Source of the DNA: Haliotis rubra | Taxonomy: Eukaryota | Assembly: GCF_003918875.1 (NCBI RefSeq) | Contig: NW_025765400.1 | Location: forward strand, 1 to 64,000 | Reading direction: 5' to 3' | Length of the DNA stretch: 64,000 nt | Shown: in pieces, positions 25,857 to 37,915 of the stretch | Position numbering within the stretch: position 1 is the first letter of the stretch | How the letters are laid out: every line of letters begins with the position of its first letter | Program-made: the position numbers and the translations under genes | The notes under the pieces: generated by a model | Told to the model about the DNA's origin: nothing | The model's input: only the letters and a program-made list of their open reading frames with translations | Database searches by the model: none

Positions 25857-27480
25857 TCCATTCCAGTTACAGAGGATGTTTGAATGGTAGCAGCTTTAAT
25901 TCGTATAAAGGAGATTTATTTTCATATTATTTTTTCCATAATGGAAACTGTATTCGGATTTCTTAATAAACTGATTCACACTTTATCATGTTACATGTTA
26001 TTACACTGTATAATAAGGTTGAGTGAGACATCGGCTTGTCAACTCACAATTCTACCATGGCTACATGAAATGCTCGAATTTGATTGGTCAAGCCATAAAA
26101 TCAGACGGTATCAATTTGGACTGAAAATGCGTCTGATTTCACGGCGCTTCACTGCGCACGTATACAACACTGCCGCACTACTTCAGCTTGGCGACCAACA
26201 TGACTAATATCAACACAACAGACATGATGGAAATGCTGATGAAACATTTATTAAAACTCGAAAAATACAATTATACGATTTCTCCTCCACGATTATTAGG
26301 GAACCTCACTATCATAATTATTACCTTCTATTATAAAAATATTCAAACTCAATTACAATATACACAGCCCCAAACATAAACAAACAATATCTAACATATA
26401 AATCAGAAAACCTTGTAAAAATACATCCCTGTCTATCCCTATTTGTGCGGCAAAACGTTCGTAAACATTTACCTACCTGGTAAATGGTATATTTGTTTCC
26501 GTTTAGAATGGGAAATTCGAAAGATAACCGTCAGGCGAAACAACATTTGCCACTCATACTCCATCATGTTCCGTTGCATCGTTCAAAAATGTCAAAAACT
26601 AAACCATGAGAATTCAGTTCTCTGCCAACTTCCCTGAAGGCTGTCACTGCTATGTTCGTACACTTTGAAAAGCTTGGCCACAATCCAGTCCAAAATGATG
26701 AGAACAATGTTCCAAGGAATCCCAAGTTAGTCACATGTACATAAAGCAGCACTGTCACTCTTTTGTCGCATGTCATGATCGACACTCGCCGGTCATAAAA
26801 ATCAAGTCTTTGATGAGTTACAGGTCATAGGTCGATCAGAAAAGGATCTATTCCTCGATTCTGCAGGGTTCAGGTCTGACAGTCAGTCAAGTATTTTCCA
26901 CTGTCACTTCGAATTTCAACCTTTCGCAAAATGTAAATACTGGCTTAATTACAAAGACGCTTCAGATATAGTATCAGGGTCCTTTTGTTATATTCATTTA
27001 AGATAATGGTTAGGTTATACCCAGCATTTGCACTCTGTATAATTGGACGGATTCCAAATAATCTAACATATGTGTTTTATATACATATAGATTGGGAAGT
27101 TAAGTATGTCTGTTACTGAGAAGGTTCAGTTAACCACAAAATTACCACAATGCAAAGCTGTACTTACAAAAACGAATCCACACATAAAATGTCTAGGGGA
27201 TGTGCATGTAAGTTAGTTAGTTCTTATCACGAAGACCGGGATTCAATACATACCACGTTGATATGATAAATATTTTAAAGAAAATAATCAGTGATAACCT
27301 ACTTGAAATGAAAGTTTTGACAAAACATATAGACCATACTCACTTAAAGTGTGTACTCATGGTGCCACGTGCAGAAACAACTGGCTTCATCAGAACACCC
27401 TAATCGTAACGTTTAACGTTTAATCACATACAATTAGTTGCAGCAGAGTTGTAAGAAATGGAAATTGTCCTACTCCAAGT

Positions 27481-27889
27481 CGTAGGCGTGCGACCAATTA
27501 AATCGCTCAGATCCACCTCACCGCAGGCCCGCAACCAATTAAATCGCTTAGATCCACCTCACTGTAGGCCCACGACCAATTAAATTGCTAAGATACACCT
27601 CACCATAGGCTCGCGACCATTTAAATGGCTTAGATCCACCTCACCATAGGCCCGCGACCAATTAAATCGCTTAGATCCACCTCACCGTAGGCCTGCGACC
27701 AATTAAATCGCTTTGATCCACCTCACCGTAGGCCCGCGACCAATTAAATCACTTAGATCCACCTCACCATAGGCCCGCGACCAATTAAATCGCTAAGATC
27801 CACCTCACCATAGGCCCGCGACCAATTAAATCGCTCAGATCCACCTCACCGCAGGCCCACGACCAATTAAATCACTAAGATCCATCTCA
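27481..27889. repeat. 41-bp tandem repeat, about 10 copies
   Basis: Unit cgaccaattaaatcgcttagatccacctcaccataggcccg. Confidence 0.95.
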
Positions 27890-28187
27890 AAGTCACGTCC
27901 CTTTGTTTGTGTCCACATGATGTCGGAGACGTGCCTGAAGAAGAAGAAACTGCACGGGGTTCGCCTGAGGATCTAGCTGCGAACCCAGTTTAGGCTTTCT
28001 TTTTTCCTTTTGTAGTGACTGTGATGTGTGTGCTGTCATTACGCCAACGTATTTTCTTCATTTGACAAATCCATGTAGACAAGTCAGGGAAGACAATACT
28101 GCAAGATGCGAGTTGTATGCGACTTAAAACTACTCAAAAAACAAATTCGATACGATATTTATTGTCACTATAAGTCTTGTTGCTAGA

Positions 28188-28241
28188 GTGAGTGAGTGAG
28201 TTAATATTTAACGTCACATCGGCAATATCTCAGCCATATCA
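28188..28241 (-). mobile_element. Very short 3'-end insertion of the (ACTC)n-tailed LINE family
   Basis: Matches the terminus of the LINE at 57090-57150. 13-bp TSD tcttgttgctaga. Confidence 0.85.
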
Positions 28242-29144
28242 TCTTGTTGCTAGAACTTTTAAAGTGCAGCTTAAATAAGTCCCCACTTTAGTACAAACCT
28301 GACATTGTTGCGAAAGACTTCGTTCTGTGATCTTAACAATGTACATGACTGTTTGAATATAAAACAAATTCAAGCATTTAAAATTGACTTCATCATTTGT
28401 GGCACGCAACTGAAACTTGTCTAGAAGTGATTGTCATGAACACAAGTCATTTGCGCAAGTTGTTCTGTGTATGTGCGAAAGTAGTTTTTTCTTTACCTGA
28501 AACTTCTCATAGACAAGATTGGGGTCTCACAAAGGATTACATATGTATTTACAATAATGATAATACTAAAATGTACATAGAGGTAAATCCAATAGTACTA
28601 TTACCACTATTTGCCAACTCAAACCTGAAATCATAAACACCACGCCAAACGTGTCAACGTATTCTCCAAGGATATCCAATTTGCCCACCGTAACCGTTCG
28701 CTGAGAGTACAAACACCACAACTATCACAAGCAGGACGTGAAACATCGCTTTGTGAAACACCTTTGTCATCGATGACTTACAGCATTTCTTTTCATATAA
28801 TGTCCACCTCCGCTTGCCCTTTACTTCCAATGGAATCTTTCCATTGTTAAAACAAGACTAAACATACTCTGGCGTTGACGTTCAAACTTACAAAATTCAA
28901 TGCTTCAGTTTTGAAGCTGAAGTCTTTGTGTTTCATTAAAACCCATCAGTGGCATTATCTAAGCTGTAGGAACTGGCAACAGTGGTCATTGATAAACTGA
29001 AACTCCCCTCCCAACGTCATATAAAAAGAATATGTGTCTTGTATTCCAGTTCTAAGTAGCAAAACTCTTACAAAGAAGACGTAATTAAAAAATAATATAT
29101 TTGCCATTGTCACGAATACCCGGGGTCATCGTAAATGTTCAATA

Positions 29145-29340
29145 GTCCGTACATATCATATCCGACGCTATTTTATCTTTAGCGGTCCGTACATATATAT
29201 CTACCGCTATTTTATCCTTAGCGGTCCGTACATATCATATCTACCGGTATTTTATCTTTAGCGGTCAGTACAGATCATATCAACAGCTATTTTATCTTCA
29301 GCGGTCCGTACATATCATATCCACCGCTATTTTATCTTTG
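29145..29340. repeat. About 40-bp tandem repeat, 5 copies
   Basis: Unit gtccgtacatatcatatctaccgctattttatctttagcg. A single unit is present in the paralogous segment at 34856-34894. Confidence 0.9.
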
Positions 29341-29699
29341 CACTCAATGAAACCTGGAATTTTATTTGTGGGCGTTCAGGATAACGATTCACATGTTCTT
29401 CTTTGAAGTATGAGTTTAAATCTGAGGAAATTTCAAACACTTCAAATTTGTCACTACGAGGCCCTTTGTTAAATATCTTAAATTAGGATCAAATGAATTT
29501 CCAATGTCCCTAACTTTATGTTACCTGCAAACCCTTCGAAAATACCAAAGTAATAAAGAAATGGTCACATGTATAACCCAGTAGACATATAACAATCTGA
29601 AGTGGGATTGATGTGACTGAGACATTAAACCTGACCACAACTTTGATGTAAAACAAATCTATTTCCGAAATGCGTTAGTAAAAGCAAAGGAATATCTGA

Positions 29700-29936
29700 G
29701 TGAGTGAGTTAATATTTAACGTCACATCGGTAATGTTATCCACGTTTCAGACATATTTTAGTCGTTGATAAAGAATCTGTGCATATTATAAAATCTGTCG
29801 TCAAAGGACAGTAAAACAACTAGATTATCCCACTTAGAATTAAAAACAACTAAACTAAAAAACAAATGACATTTTTTTAGACAATACAATATAAAAACAG
29901 GCTAAAGATTGCCAACAAGCGAAGGTAGATCACAAT
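29700..29936 (-). mobile_element. 5'-truncated LINE 3' end
   Basis: gtgagtgagttaatatttaacgtcacatcgg... with TSD aaggaat(a/g)tctga. Empty site in the paralog at about 35267-35285. Confidence 0.85.
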
Positions 29937-30036
29937 AAGGAATGTCTGAACTTCTATGCACCAGTCATTATTCATAATTCAAACAAGTGGCTTTTTTGGT
30001 TCATCGAAGACTTTGATGGTCTGGTTTATAACAGTG

Positions 30037-30186
30037 GCGATGTGGGTAACCTTGCAGTTAAAGCGTTTTCTCGACCCAAGTTCAAATCCCCTACATGGGT
30101 GAAAAGTGTAAGGTCCATTTATGGTGTCCTCCGCCGTGGCAAAGTTGGAATGTTGGTTAAAGCGGCTAAAAACATACTCACGCACT
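30037..30186 (+). mobile_element. Degenerate tRNA-derived SINE (duplicated at 36037-36180)
   Basis: A/B-box remnants (gttcaaatccc); body and tail similar to 24593-24720. Confidence 0.65.
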
Positions 30187-31413
30187 GGGTTGTCCATAGA
30201 CCGTCGTCGTAATGGCAGGAGTACTGCTGTAAGGCGTCAGATTGTAAACACTTACATATCTTCGTGAATGAATGTCATGAATGAAGGGTGCTACCAGCAT
30301 GGCCGGACATGCTTACCTCTTTATACGGACACATGGTGTCACCACCCATGTTCAGTGGACCATCCATATGATTTTCTACAGTTATATTCCCATTCACACC
30401 AAAATAGATTTGTTTAAGGATAGTCGAAAAATGGGCATTTTTTAAACTGACTATGTATATTTTCAACACCAGAGAAACATATAGCGTCGTTTGTTGTCTT
30501 GGAGTTTTTTTCGTCGGGTAATTTTTAATATTCTTGAACAAGTCCCTCCATATATGACGATTCGTCATGTTTCTTAAATTATACTCTTCACTATTTAGGG
30601 TTGTTTATATTTTGTTAATTTAAAAGATCGATTTGAGGCGAAGGAACCAACTTCCAGTCCCTGCAAATGAGTGTAACTCCATTGTCACAGTCCTTAATAT
30701 TGCTGTATTGTGTGTTTTAAAAGGCACTGCCATCTGTATAATAACTGTATACATTACATAGGACCTTCAATAGTTGATTATTTTACATTGTATTTTCTTT
30801 TGTCTTATCCACTTTGTACCGAAGTGGTTTCAAAATTATTGTTATGTGGAATGGCCACTCCTTTGCATTAGCTTATTTCGGGCAAATATACTTTGCGATC
30901 CCCTACATTAACGACATCTGTTTTGCAAATTTCATTATTTTGTTTCTGATTACAAAACCTTTACAGTATCCAATGTCACAATTTCAATTTGTAATCTGTT
31001 GTGTACGGTATGGGGTTCTAGCGTCTAAACATAATCTATATTGGTTTTGGCTCTCTTTGACTCTCTAACGAGAATTATCTCACTATTTCCCAGATAATTA
31101 TATTTGTTTTGGTATGCTTCCAGTGTATATGAGTTATACATGAGTATGCAGTAAATACGTACGTCCGTTCTTGGCCATGAAAAGATGTGGAAAATAAAGA
31201 GCCACGTGTAAATAAGCCAGCTGTCAGAGTGCGTCATCGACACCTTTTACCGCCTACAGCAGCAAAATGTTTTATCGATATTCTAGCAGTTGGTGAGTCA
31301 ATAATAAAGCATACATCTCAAATGATAACGCGCTTAGCGTGATACAGGTGCAAGAATCTAAAATTGTGTGTTGAAGATGACATTTTACTAGGGTTTGTGT
31401 ACATCCCACTTAG

Positions 31414-31664
31414 TGAGTGAGGAGTGAGTTATTATTTAACGTATTTGACATTGAAATGGAATATATGGTATATTATAAAAACGTGTCGACGAAGGACAGT
31501 AAAACAACTAGAATATCCCAATTAGAATTAACACTAGCGTCGAAAGTTAAAACTAATAGCACTATTTGGACAATACAATATAAAACAGGCTATAGATCGC
31601 CAACAACTGAAGGTAGATCACCAAACTAGGAACCATGGGGACTTACATTACTTTGCTACCTGCA
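31414..31664 (-). mobile_element. 5'-truncated LINE 3' end
   Basis: Homologous to the reverse complement of 56870-57150. TSD tacatcccacttag. Confidence 0.8.
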
Positions 31665-31917
31665 TACATCCCACTTAGATATGCACCCATTTGTGATGAC
31701 AATGCTAATACTAACGGCATAATTGTTTTGGAAGAAACTCTTTGGATATTTTACAGCAGCTTAAATCAGTCCCCTCAACTATATTATGTGGTGACTTCAA
31801 CTCAGGGACTGGTAACCTACCGGATTATATTGAACCAAACAGACATGTGGATGGAGATGATATTTTCTATGATGGATTTTAACACCGAGAACTAATCAGG
31901 ACAATCATGTCAACCAG

Positions 31918-32031
31918 GGCTCCTTTCACGAAGCAACCTTTACTAAGGTTAGCCTTAACTCCCATTCTTTAACATTGCACTAAGGTTAACTTAGTGACTT
32001 ACGATCACCTTAGTGCTTTGTGAAAGGAGGC
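31918..32031. mobile_element. Harbinger-type MITE (about 115 bp)
   Basis: TIR ggctcctttcacgaagca / tgctttgtgaaaggaggcc, flanked by cag. Second copy at 36604-36725. Confidence 0.8.
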
Positions 32032-32654
32032 CCAGGTTGGTAATTCTCTTTGAGCTGTGCCAATATCTAAATATATCCACTCTGACTGGTCGGGTATCTT
32101 CCCCGGTTATTCATTTCACTCGATTATATGACGGCGCTGGTAGTGGGTCAGCTAATACTGACATCCTTGTAGAGAATCGCGGGTTTAGTTTAGATACGGT
32201 GATAGTGATGACTAGTGTGAGCGGCTTGATTGTCCTATAGTTAAGGATGAGGTCATTCAGTCCTTGACTCGCTTGAAGTTGGGTAAATCAGCAAGTATTG
32301 ATAAACTTTGGCGGAAATATTTTATATGGTAATCCATTTCTCATTGATAATATGGTTAAGCTGTTCAATACTATATATGAATCGTGTTTTTCCTTCACAG
32401 TGGTCAGAAGGTATCATATTCCCGTCGCACAAAAGGTAGACATTGTGTTTGTCCAGAGAATTATAGAGGCATAACACTGTTGTCAATCTTTTAGTAAAGT
32501 ATGTATTGGTATTCTTAACAGTAGAATAATAAACTGGGTTTAATGATGAATCGCCTATTTCGCAGTTTCAGGCTGGGTTCAGAGACAGATATTCTACGGC
32601 TAATAATCTTTTACTTTGGGCACATTGTAAAAAATATCTACCAAAGCGGGAAAA

Positions 32655-33605
32655 GTGAGTGAGTGAGTTATTATTTAACGTCACATCGGCAATATTTCAG
32701 CCATATCGTGACGAGAACATAATATGTGACATTGAAATGGAATATATGTATATTATAAAACCTGTCGACGAAGGACAGTAAAACAACTAGAATATCACAG
32801 ATATGTATGTAAAACTAGTAATTAAATCTAAAACGTTTTAACTATAGGGGAAAACAATACAGTATAAAATGGGCTGTAAATCGCCAATAACTGAAGGTAG
32901 ATCATCATACCAGGGACCATGGGGACTGACATTACTTAAACCTACCCATAAACCATATCGTGACGAGAACATATGTGACATTGAAATGGAATATATGTAC
33001 GTTATAAACACCTATCGACGAAGGACAGTAAAACAACTAGAATATCACAATTACAACAACTTAAGCTAGCGTGGAAACTTAAAACTGGTAGCACTATTTG
33101 GACAATACAATATAAAACAGGCTATAGATCGCCAACAACTGAAGGTAGATCACCATACCAGGGACCATGGGGACTTACAGTACCTTTGCTACCTGCATGG
33201 GCCCTAGTTGGATTTACACCATCCCTTCAGCTGTTGGCGATTGTAAATAAAAATTTAGCCAAAATTAATATAACAAGAATATTACGTTTAAAATTCCTGG
33301 TAAGTTTGAATTGACTTACCCTCTTAGGAGGACAATAATTTTACGCTACTTCAACCCTTTGAGGATAGAGCCACTAACAATCTAAGTTGATAATCTGAAC
33401 TACCAATTATAAAACTTTATCTATTTACAACACATATATGAAAAATTCATTTAACAAATCTATCTCTTTTAAAAATCAATGATTAAATGATAATTAACTT
33501 TATTAAAAAAGTTCATTTACAGTAATTGATATTGAAATATTTATCCCTAATGATGCAGAGATTCAACGCAGTCAAGCAGGACATGCTTGACCGTGGTCTC
33601 TTAAT
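32655..33605 (-). mobile_element. LINE 3' portion (two stacked 3' ends) of the 53-57 kb family
   Basis: Reverse-complement homology to 56455-57150. The terminal about 290 bp occurs twice (32655-32950, then again from 32953). Confidence 0.8.
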
Positions 33606-33839
33606 CAAACGAGGAGGAAAAGTAAAATTTATGTTGTCTTTGTTGATTTTTAAAAGGCGTTTCATAGTGTCAATAGAAATAAGACGTTGTTGCTTCTTAC
33701 AGTACAACCAGAAATTATTGAGAATTAAAGATTGTAATTTTTTAAAAAATTTCACTCATTACTCACGTATAAAATGTGAATATTAGCAGAACATAACTCC
33801 AGATTCAAAGACAGGTGAACAGTTAGTATTTTGTCAAGT

Positions 33840-34700
33840 CACCATGGGCAGCAATGCAGGCTTCAATGCGGCATGCAAGTCGTGGTCCATGCTGTCCAAA
33901 TATCGGACCACCTCTTCTTTCATTTCAGCAATATTTGTCAGATTTTTCTTATTGACACTTTCCTTCATAAGTCCCCAAACCTTTCTATTGGATGTAGGTC
34001 AGGGCTATAGCTTTGGCCAATTTAATAATGTCATATTTTGGTTCCGAAACCAGGCATGTGAATGCTTTGAACGATGTTTTGGTCGTTGTCCTGCTGGAAA
34101 ATCAAAAATTTCCATACAACGCGTGAGCAGATGGAAGTAAATGTCCCTCGAGAATATCTGTGTACCGCTCACAGTTTATATTCCCTTCAAATACACAGAG
34201 GGCGTTGTCCCTAACACAGATATGCCACCCAACACGTTAAATTTCGACTGTACTTTGGGCGCTGCTACAAAGGTTTTTCAGTTTGTTTGGTCCAGAATTT
34301 CAGTGTATTAGGAAACAGCCACACAGAACTTTCATCTGGAGAAAAATCACATTGTCCCAGTCAAACTTTCTATGCTGTAAGCACTAGTTCAACCTTCACT
34401 CCTTTGTTCAGGTTTCATGATCGGTGATGGAATTCCTCGACTTTTCTGCCAACCCATTGCATGCAGCTCAGTTCTAATTGTCTCCTTACAGACAGCCACA
34501 GTTCCTCTATCAATCATATCCAGCCTTAAGTTTTCTAAACTCCTTCGTTTGTTTTAGAAACAAGAATACCAAGCCACCTCCTGTCACCGACAGTCAATTG
34601 TCTGGGCCTACCTCCGCCTCCCTGGTGCTCAATGCCATATCCATTTGCAGTATTTTTCAAAACACGATAAACAGTGGACAAAGGTGCCTGTTCCCATTTT
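33840..34700 (-). pseudogene. Tc1-like DDE transposase remnant
   Basis: Minus-strand motifs WDNVIF..DESS (about 34360-34328), FQQDNDQ (about 34100-34080), WP...PDLHPIE (about 34018-33985). Many disablements. Confidence 0.75.
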
Positions 34701-35329
34701 GAAATCACTTTAGCTGATCTGATGTCCTACTCTTAAAATCAACATCCTCTTCTCTATATCATCGATACTGAGGATCACTGAAAATGTCGTCTACTAGCAA
34801 GTAAACGAAGGGGGTAACTCTTCACAAACTAATGAAAAGGATTAACGGAGTTGTCTCCGTACATACCATATCAACCGCTATTTTATCTTTAGCGCCTCAA
34901 GGGAACCTGGAATTCTATTTGTTAGCGTTCACGATAACGATTCACATGTTCTTCTTTGAAGTGTGAGTTTAAATTTGAGGGCATTTCAAATAACTCTCGC
35001 TTGTTACCACGAGGCCCGTGTGAAATATCTTAAATTAGACCAAATGGAAATGTTTTCAATTGTGTTGAATTCCCATTGTCCCTTTATCGTTAGGCTAACT
35101 GCAAACTCTTCGAAATACCAAAGTAATAAAGAAATGGTCAGCATGTTTAACCCAGTAGATTTACAACATTCTGAAGTTGATTGATGTGTTTGAGACATTA
35201 AACCTGCCCACAACTTTGATGTAAAACAAATAAATTTCCTTAAAATGTATTTCTTTACCTGTTAAGGCAAAGGAATGTCTGAACTCAACTGGATTTGGGG
35301 TTCTTCGAAGACTTGATGGTCTGGTTTAT

Positions 35330-36020
35330 GATCTGTTTGATTGGCATTTTAGAAGTTGATGGATAATAGAAAAAGTATTATACTTTATGGACAACTTCTT
35401 TATTTGTTATGATGTGAAGTGAGGGAGGAAGCCATTATATTGTATTATTGCCCCATCTGCTATGTATACCTTTTCCGCCTCCTCAATATTGGCTTCCTCT
35501 CATTGTTATTGTATTATTACCTACCCCATCTGCTATGTATACCCTTGTTCTGCCTCCCTCAACCTTGGCTTCCCCCATTGCTATTGTATATAACCTACCC
35601 AATCTGTAATGTATACCTTGTTCCGCCTCCTCAATCATTGGCTTCCTCCTATTGTTATTGTATTATTACCTACCCCATCTGCTATGTATACCTTGTTCTG
35701 CCTCCTCAACCTTGGCTTCCTCCCATTGCTCTTTGTATTATTACCTACCCAATCTGTTATGTATACCTTGTTCCGCCTCCCTCAACATTGGCCTCCTCCC
35801 ATTGTTATAGTATTATTACTTCCATCCCATTGTTGTTGTTGTTAATCTCTTTGATGTATTCCCTTATGTTGTCTTACTTAATCCTTGTTACATGTATATA
35901 AGTCGGTTCTGTGCTGTATTACTTTGCTCTTGCTGGACAACGATATAAGACGCTATACCGAAATGACCCATCATAACAAATAAAGAAGTTGTTATCCATA
36001 AAGTATTATACTTTTCTATC
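35330..36020. mobile_element. Penelope-like non-autonomous insertion with inverted terminal segment and internal 70-bp-scale tandem repeats
   Basis: 12-bp TSD ggtctggtttat (empty site at about 30018). About 50-bp inverted repeat 35366-35414 / 35970-36019. Internal repeats 35440-35820. ...cgaaa...aataaagaagttgttatccat terminus. Confidence 0.6.
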
Positions 36021-36603
36021 GGTCTGGTTTATAACAGCGGCGATGGGGTAAACTAGCGGTTAAAGCGTTTTCTGACCCAAGTTCAAATCCCTACATAAGC
36101 GAAAAAGTGTGAGGTCCATTTATGGTGCCCTCCGTCGTGATATTGTTGCTAAAGCGACATAAAATCATACTTCACTCATTTGTTTGACCATAGGCCGTCG
36201 CCGCATGGCAGGGGTACTGCTGTGAGGCCTCGGGTTGTAAATTCGTGCAAATATATACTACCCATTAAAAGTTAAGAGTCGCTTTAATCAATCGCTATAA
36301 GTTATGTATGTACATATGGTTACAACGAAGATGAATTTCTCCACTAACTTGGGGAAATATCTACAAACCTCATGCAGATTAATTGCACGAGGACCATGCA
36401 TCAAATTGCTGAAAAGCATGTGCATGTGAACCGCTGCGTTTTGGTGTAAAGTTTTGATAAAAACGCCATTTTTCACCCAGTTTCATTTATTGAACACATG
36501 ACAATAAACTTTTCAACGTTACGAATTTGTTTTACAATACACCAGCTCATGTATAAACAGTACCCTTTAAACTGTATGGATTATTTTACAAAGTCTAGTT
36601 CAG

Positions 36604-36725
36604 GGGCTCCTTTCACGAAGCAACCTTTACTAAGGTTTACCTTTTAACTCCTATTCTTTTTTTAACATTGCACTAATGTTACCTTAGTGACTTACGATCA
36701 CCTTAGTGCTTTGTGAAAGGAGGCC
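36604..36725. mobile_element. Harbinger-type MITE, second copy
   Basis: Near-identical to 31918-32031, flanked by cag. Confidence 0.8.
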
Positions 36726-37496
36726 CAGAACAGTTGACTGAAGTAAGTGGCTTCATTTGGCTACACTAGTGAGTCTAAACTGTTGATGGGGAGTATACTT
36801 TGCGACACCCACATTAACGACATCTTTTATGCAAATTTCATTATTTGTTTCTATTACCAAACTTCTACAGTATCCAATGTCAAATTTTCAGTTTGTCACC
36901 TGTTATGTTGTATACGGATATAGGTTCCTAGCGTTAAAATATAGTCAATATTGGTTTTGGCCCTACCTGAATCTAATGAGTGCCGAGCGAGACATATTTA
37001 CCCTTTCAAATACTTGTAATCTGTTTTGTATACTTCAGCGAATATGTTTTACACATGCGTAGGCTGTAAATATGTACCACCGTCCGTCCGAATCAAGGAT
37101 GGAAAAATGGAGATGCGCGTGTATATAAACCAGCTGTCATTGCGTGCGGCATCGACACTTCGGGGTTTTGACGCCTACAGCATAAACTTGTTTTATCGTC
37201 CTTCCAGCAGTTGGTGAAGCATGTACAACTCGATGGTCAACACACTTATCTTGATACCGGTGGAAGAATCTACATCGAAACGTCTTTCTATGCAATAAAG
37301 AGGAAGTTGTTATCCATTACAGATTAGAAGCTCTGAGTAAATGAAGCCTCGTTCAGGAGTCTGTGAAAACAGAACAAAAGCTAATGCAATCACTTTCATA
37401 GACCACAATTAATTAAATATTAATGCTACTGTATGCCAGACAGCCATTGGAGTTTTCTCACACTGAATTTGTACTGATGCTCCTTGTTGTAATAGA

Positions 37497-37830
37497 CTGC
37501 CTGCGTGGCGTAGTGGTTAGAACGTCCTCTCGGTGAGCGGAAGGTCGCAGGTTCGATCCCCGGCGCTGTCATTCCAAAAGATGTTAAATATGGTATGTGT
37601 TTGTCCCTGCTTGGCTCTCGGCATTAATGGATATAAGGCTCGGAGTCAGTATGAGGTGTTTGAGTGGGATATCCATGCTTAAGTGCAGCATGGCATCTCA
37701 GTGAGATAGCACCATCGGACCAGCTGAAGTCTGGGCTAGTAAAAGCGGCCACACACACACACCCATGTATGTCGTTATATGAGCGACATATTCTTTAAGT
37801 TCGACACTAAACCCCATTTAACCTCACCTA
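37497..37830 (+). mobile_element. Full-length tRNA-derived SINE with Meta/MESC-like central domain
   Basis: A-box TGGCGTAGTGG, B-box GGTTCGATCCC, core ...tggta...ccctgcttggctctcggcattaa..., LINE-like tail taaaccccatttaacctcacc. Older relatives at about 39450-39680 and 50228-50520. Confidence 0.8.
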
Positions 37831-37915
37831 AAATCACCTTGTTCTAATGCTTTTGTTATTGGTTTGTGGCAGTTCGGATTGATTTGTAAACTCAGTTTAT
37901 TTTATAATGCAATTG

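Larger units (their letters stand above)
29305..31360. repeat. Segmental duplication: gene-less partial copy of the peptide-gene 3' flank
   Basis: 29305-30260 ~ 34856-36245. 30810-31360 ~ 36790-37270 ~ 57160-57630. Confidence 0.8.
31340..32650 (+). pseudogene. Decayed non-LTR retrotransposon (RTE-X/CR1-group-like) APE and RT fragments
   Basis: DDILLGFVYIP (about 31375), CGDFNS (about 31787), FPSQWSEGIIFP...PENYRGITLLS...QFQAGFR..YST (32388-32600). Interrupted by younger insertions. Confidence 0.65.

Noticed and set aside
27900-28000. Minus-strand frame TGFAARSSGEPRAVSSSSGTS resembling the peptide-gene tail SVSSSGTE (possible fifth copy)
   Set aside because: No nucleotide-level similarity, an in-frame stop immediately upstream, and no matching acceptor or exons 1-2 nearby.
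23678-29340. Regular 37-41 bp repeat arrays as possible CRISPR arrays
   Set aside because: The units are contiguous with no unique spacers, there are no cas genes, and the context is eukaryotic.
35419-35901. 160-aa Tyr/Pro/Cys-rich repetitive ORF
   Set aside because: It is a translation of tandem repeats inside a TSD-bounded insertion, with a non-ATG start and no gene signals.
37497-37570. tRNA gene
   Set aside because: A and B boxes are present but the sequence continues into a SINE core and tail; the acceptor stem does not pair cleanly and there is no oligo-T terminator.
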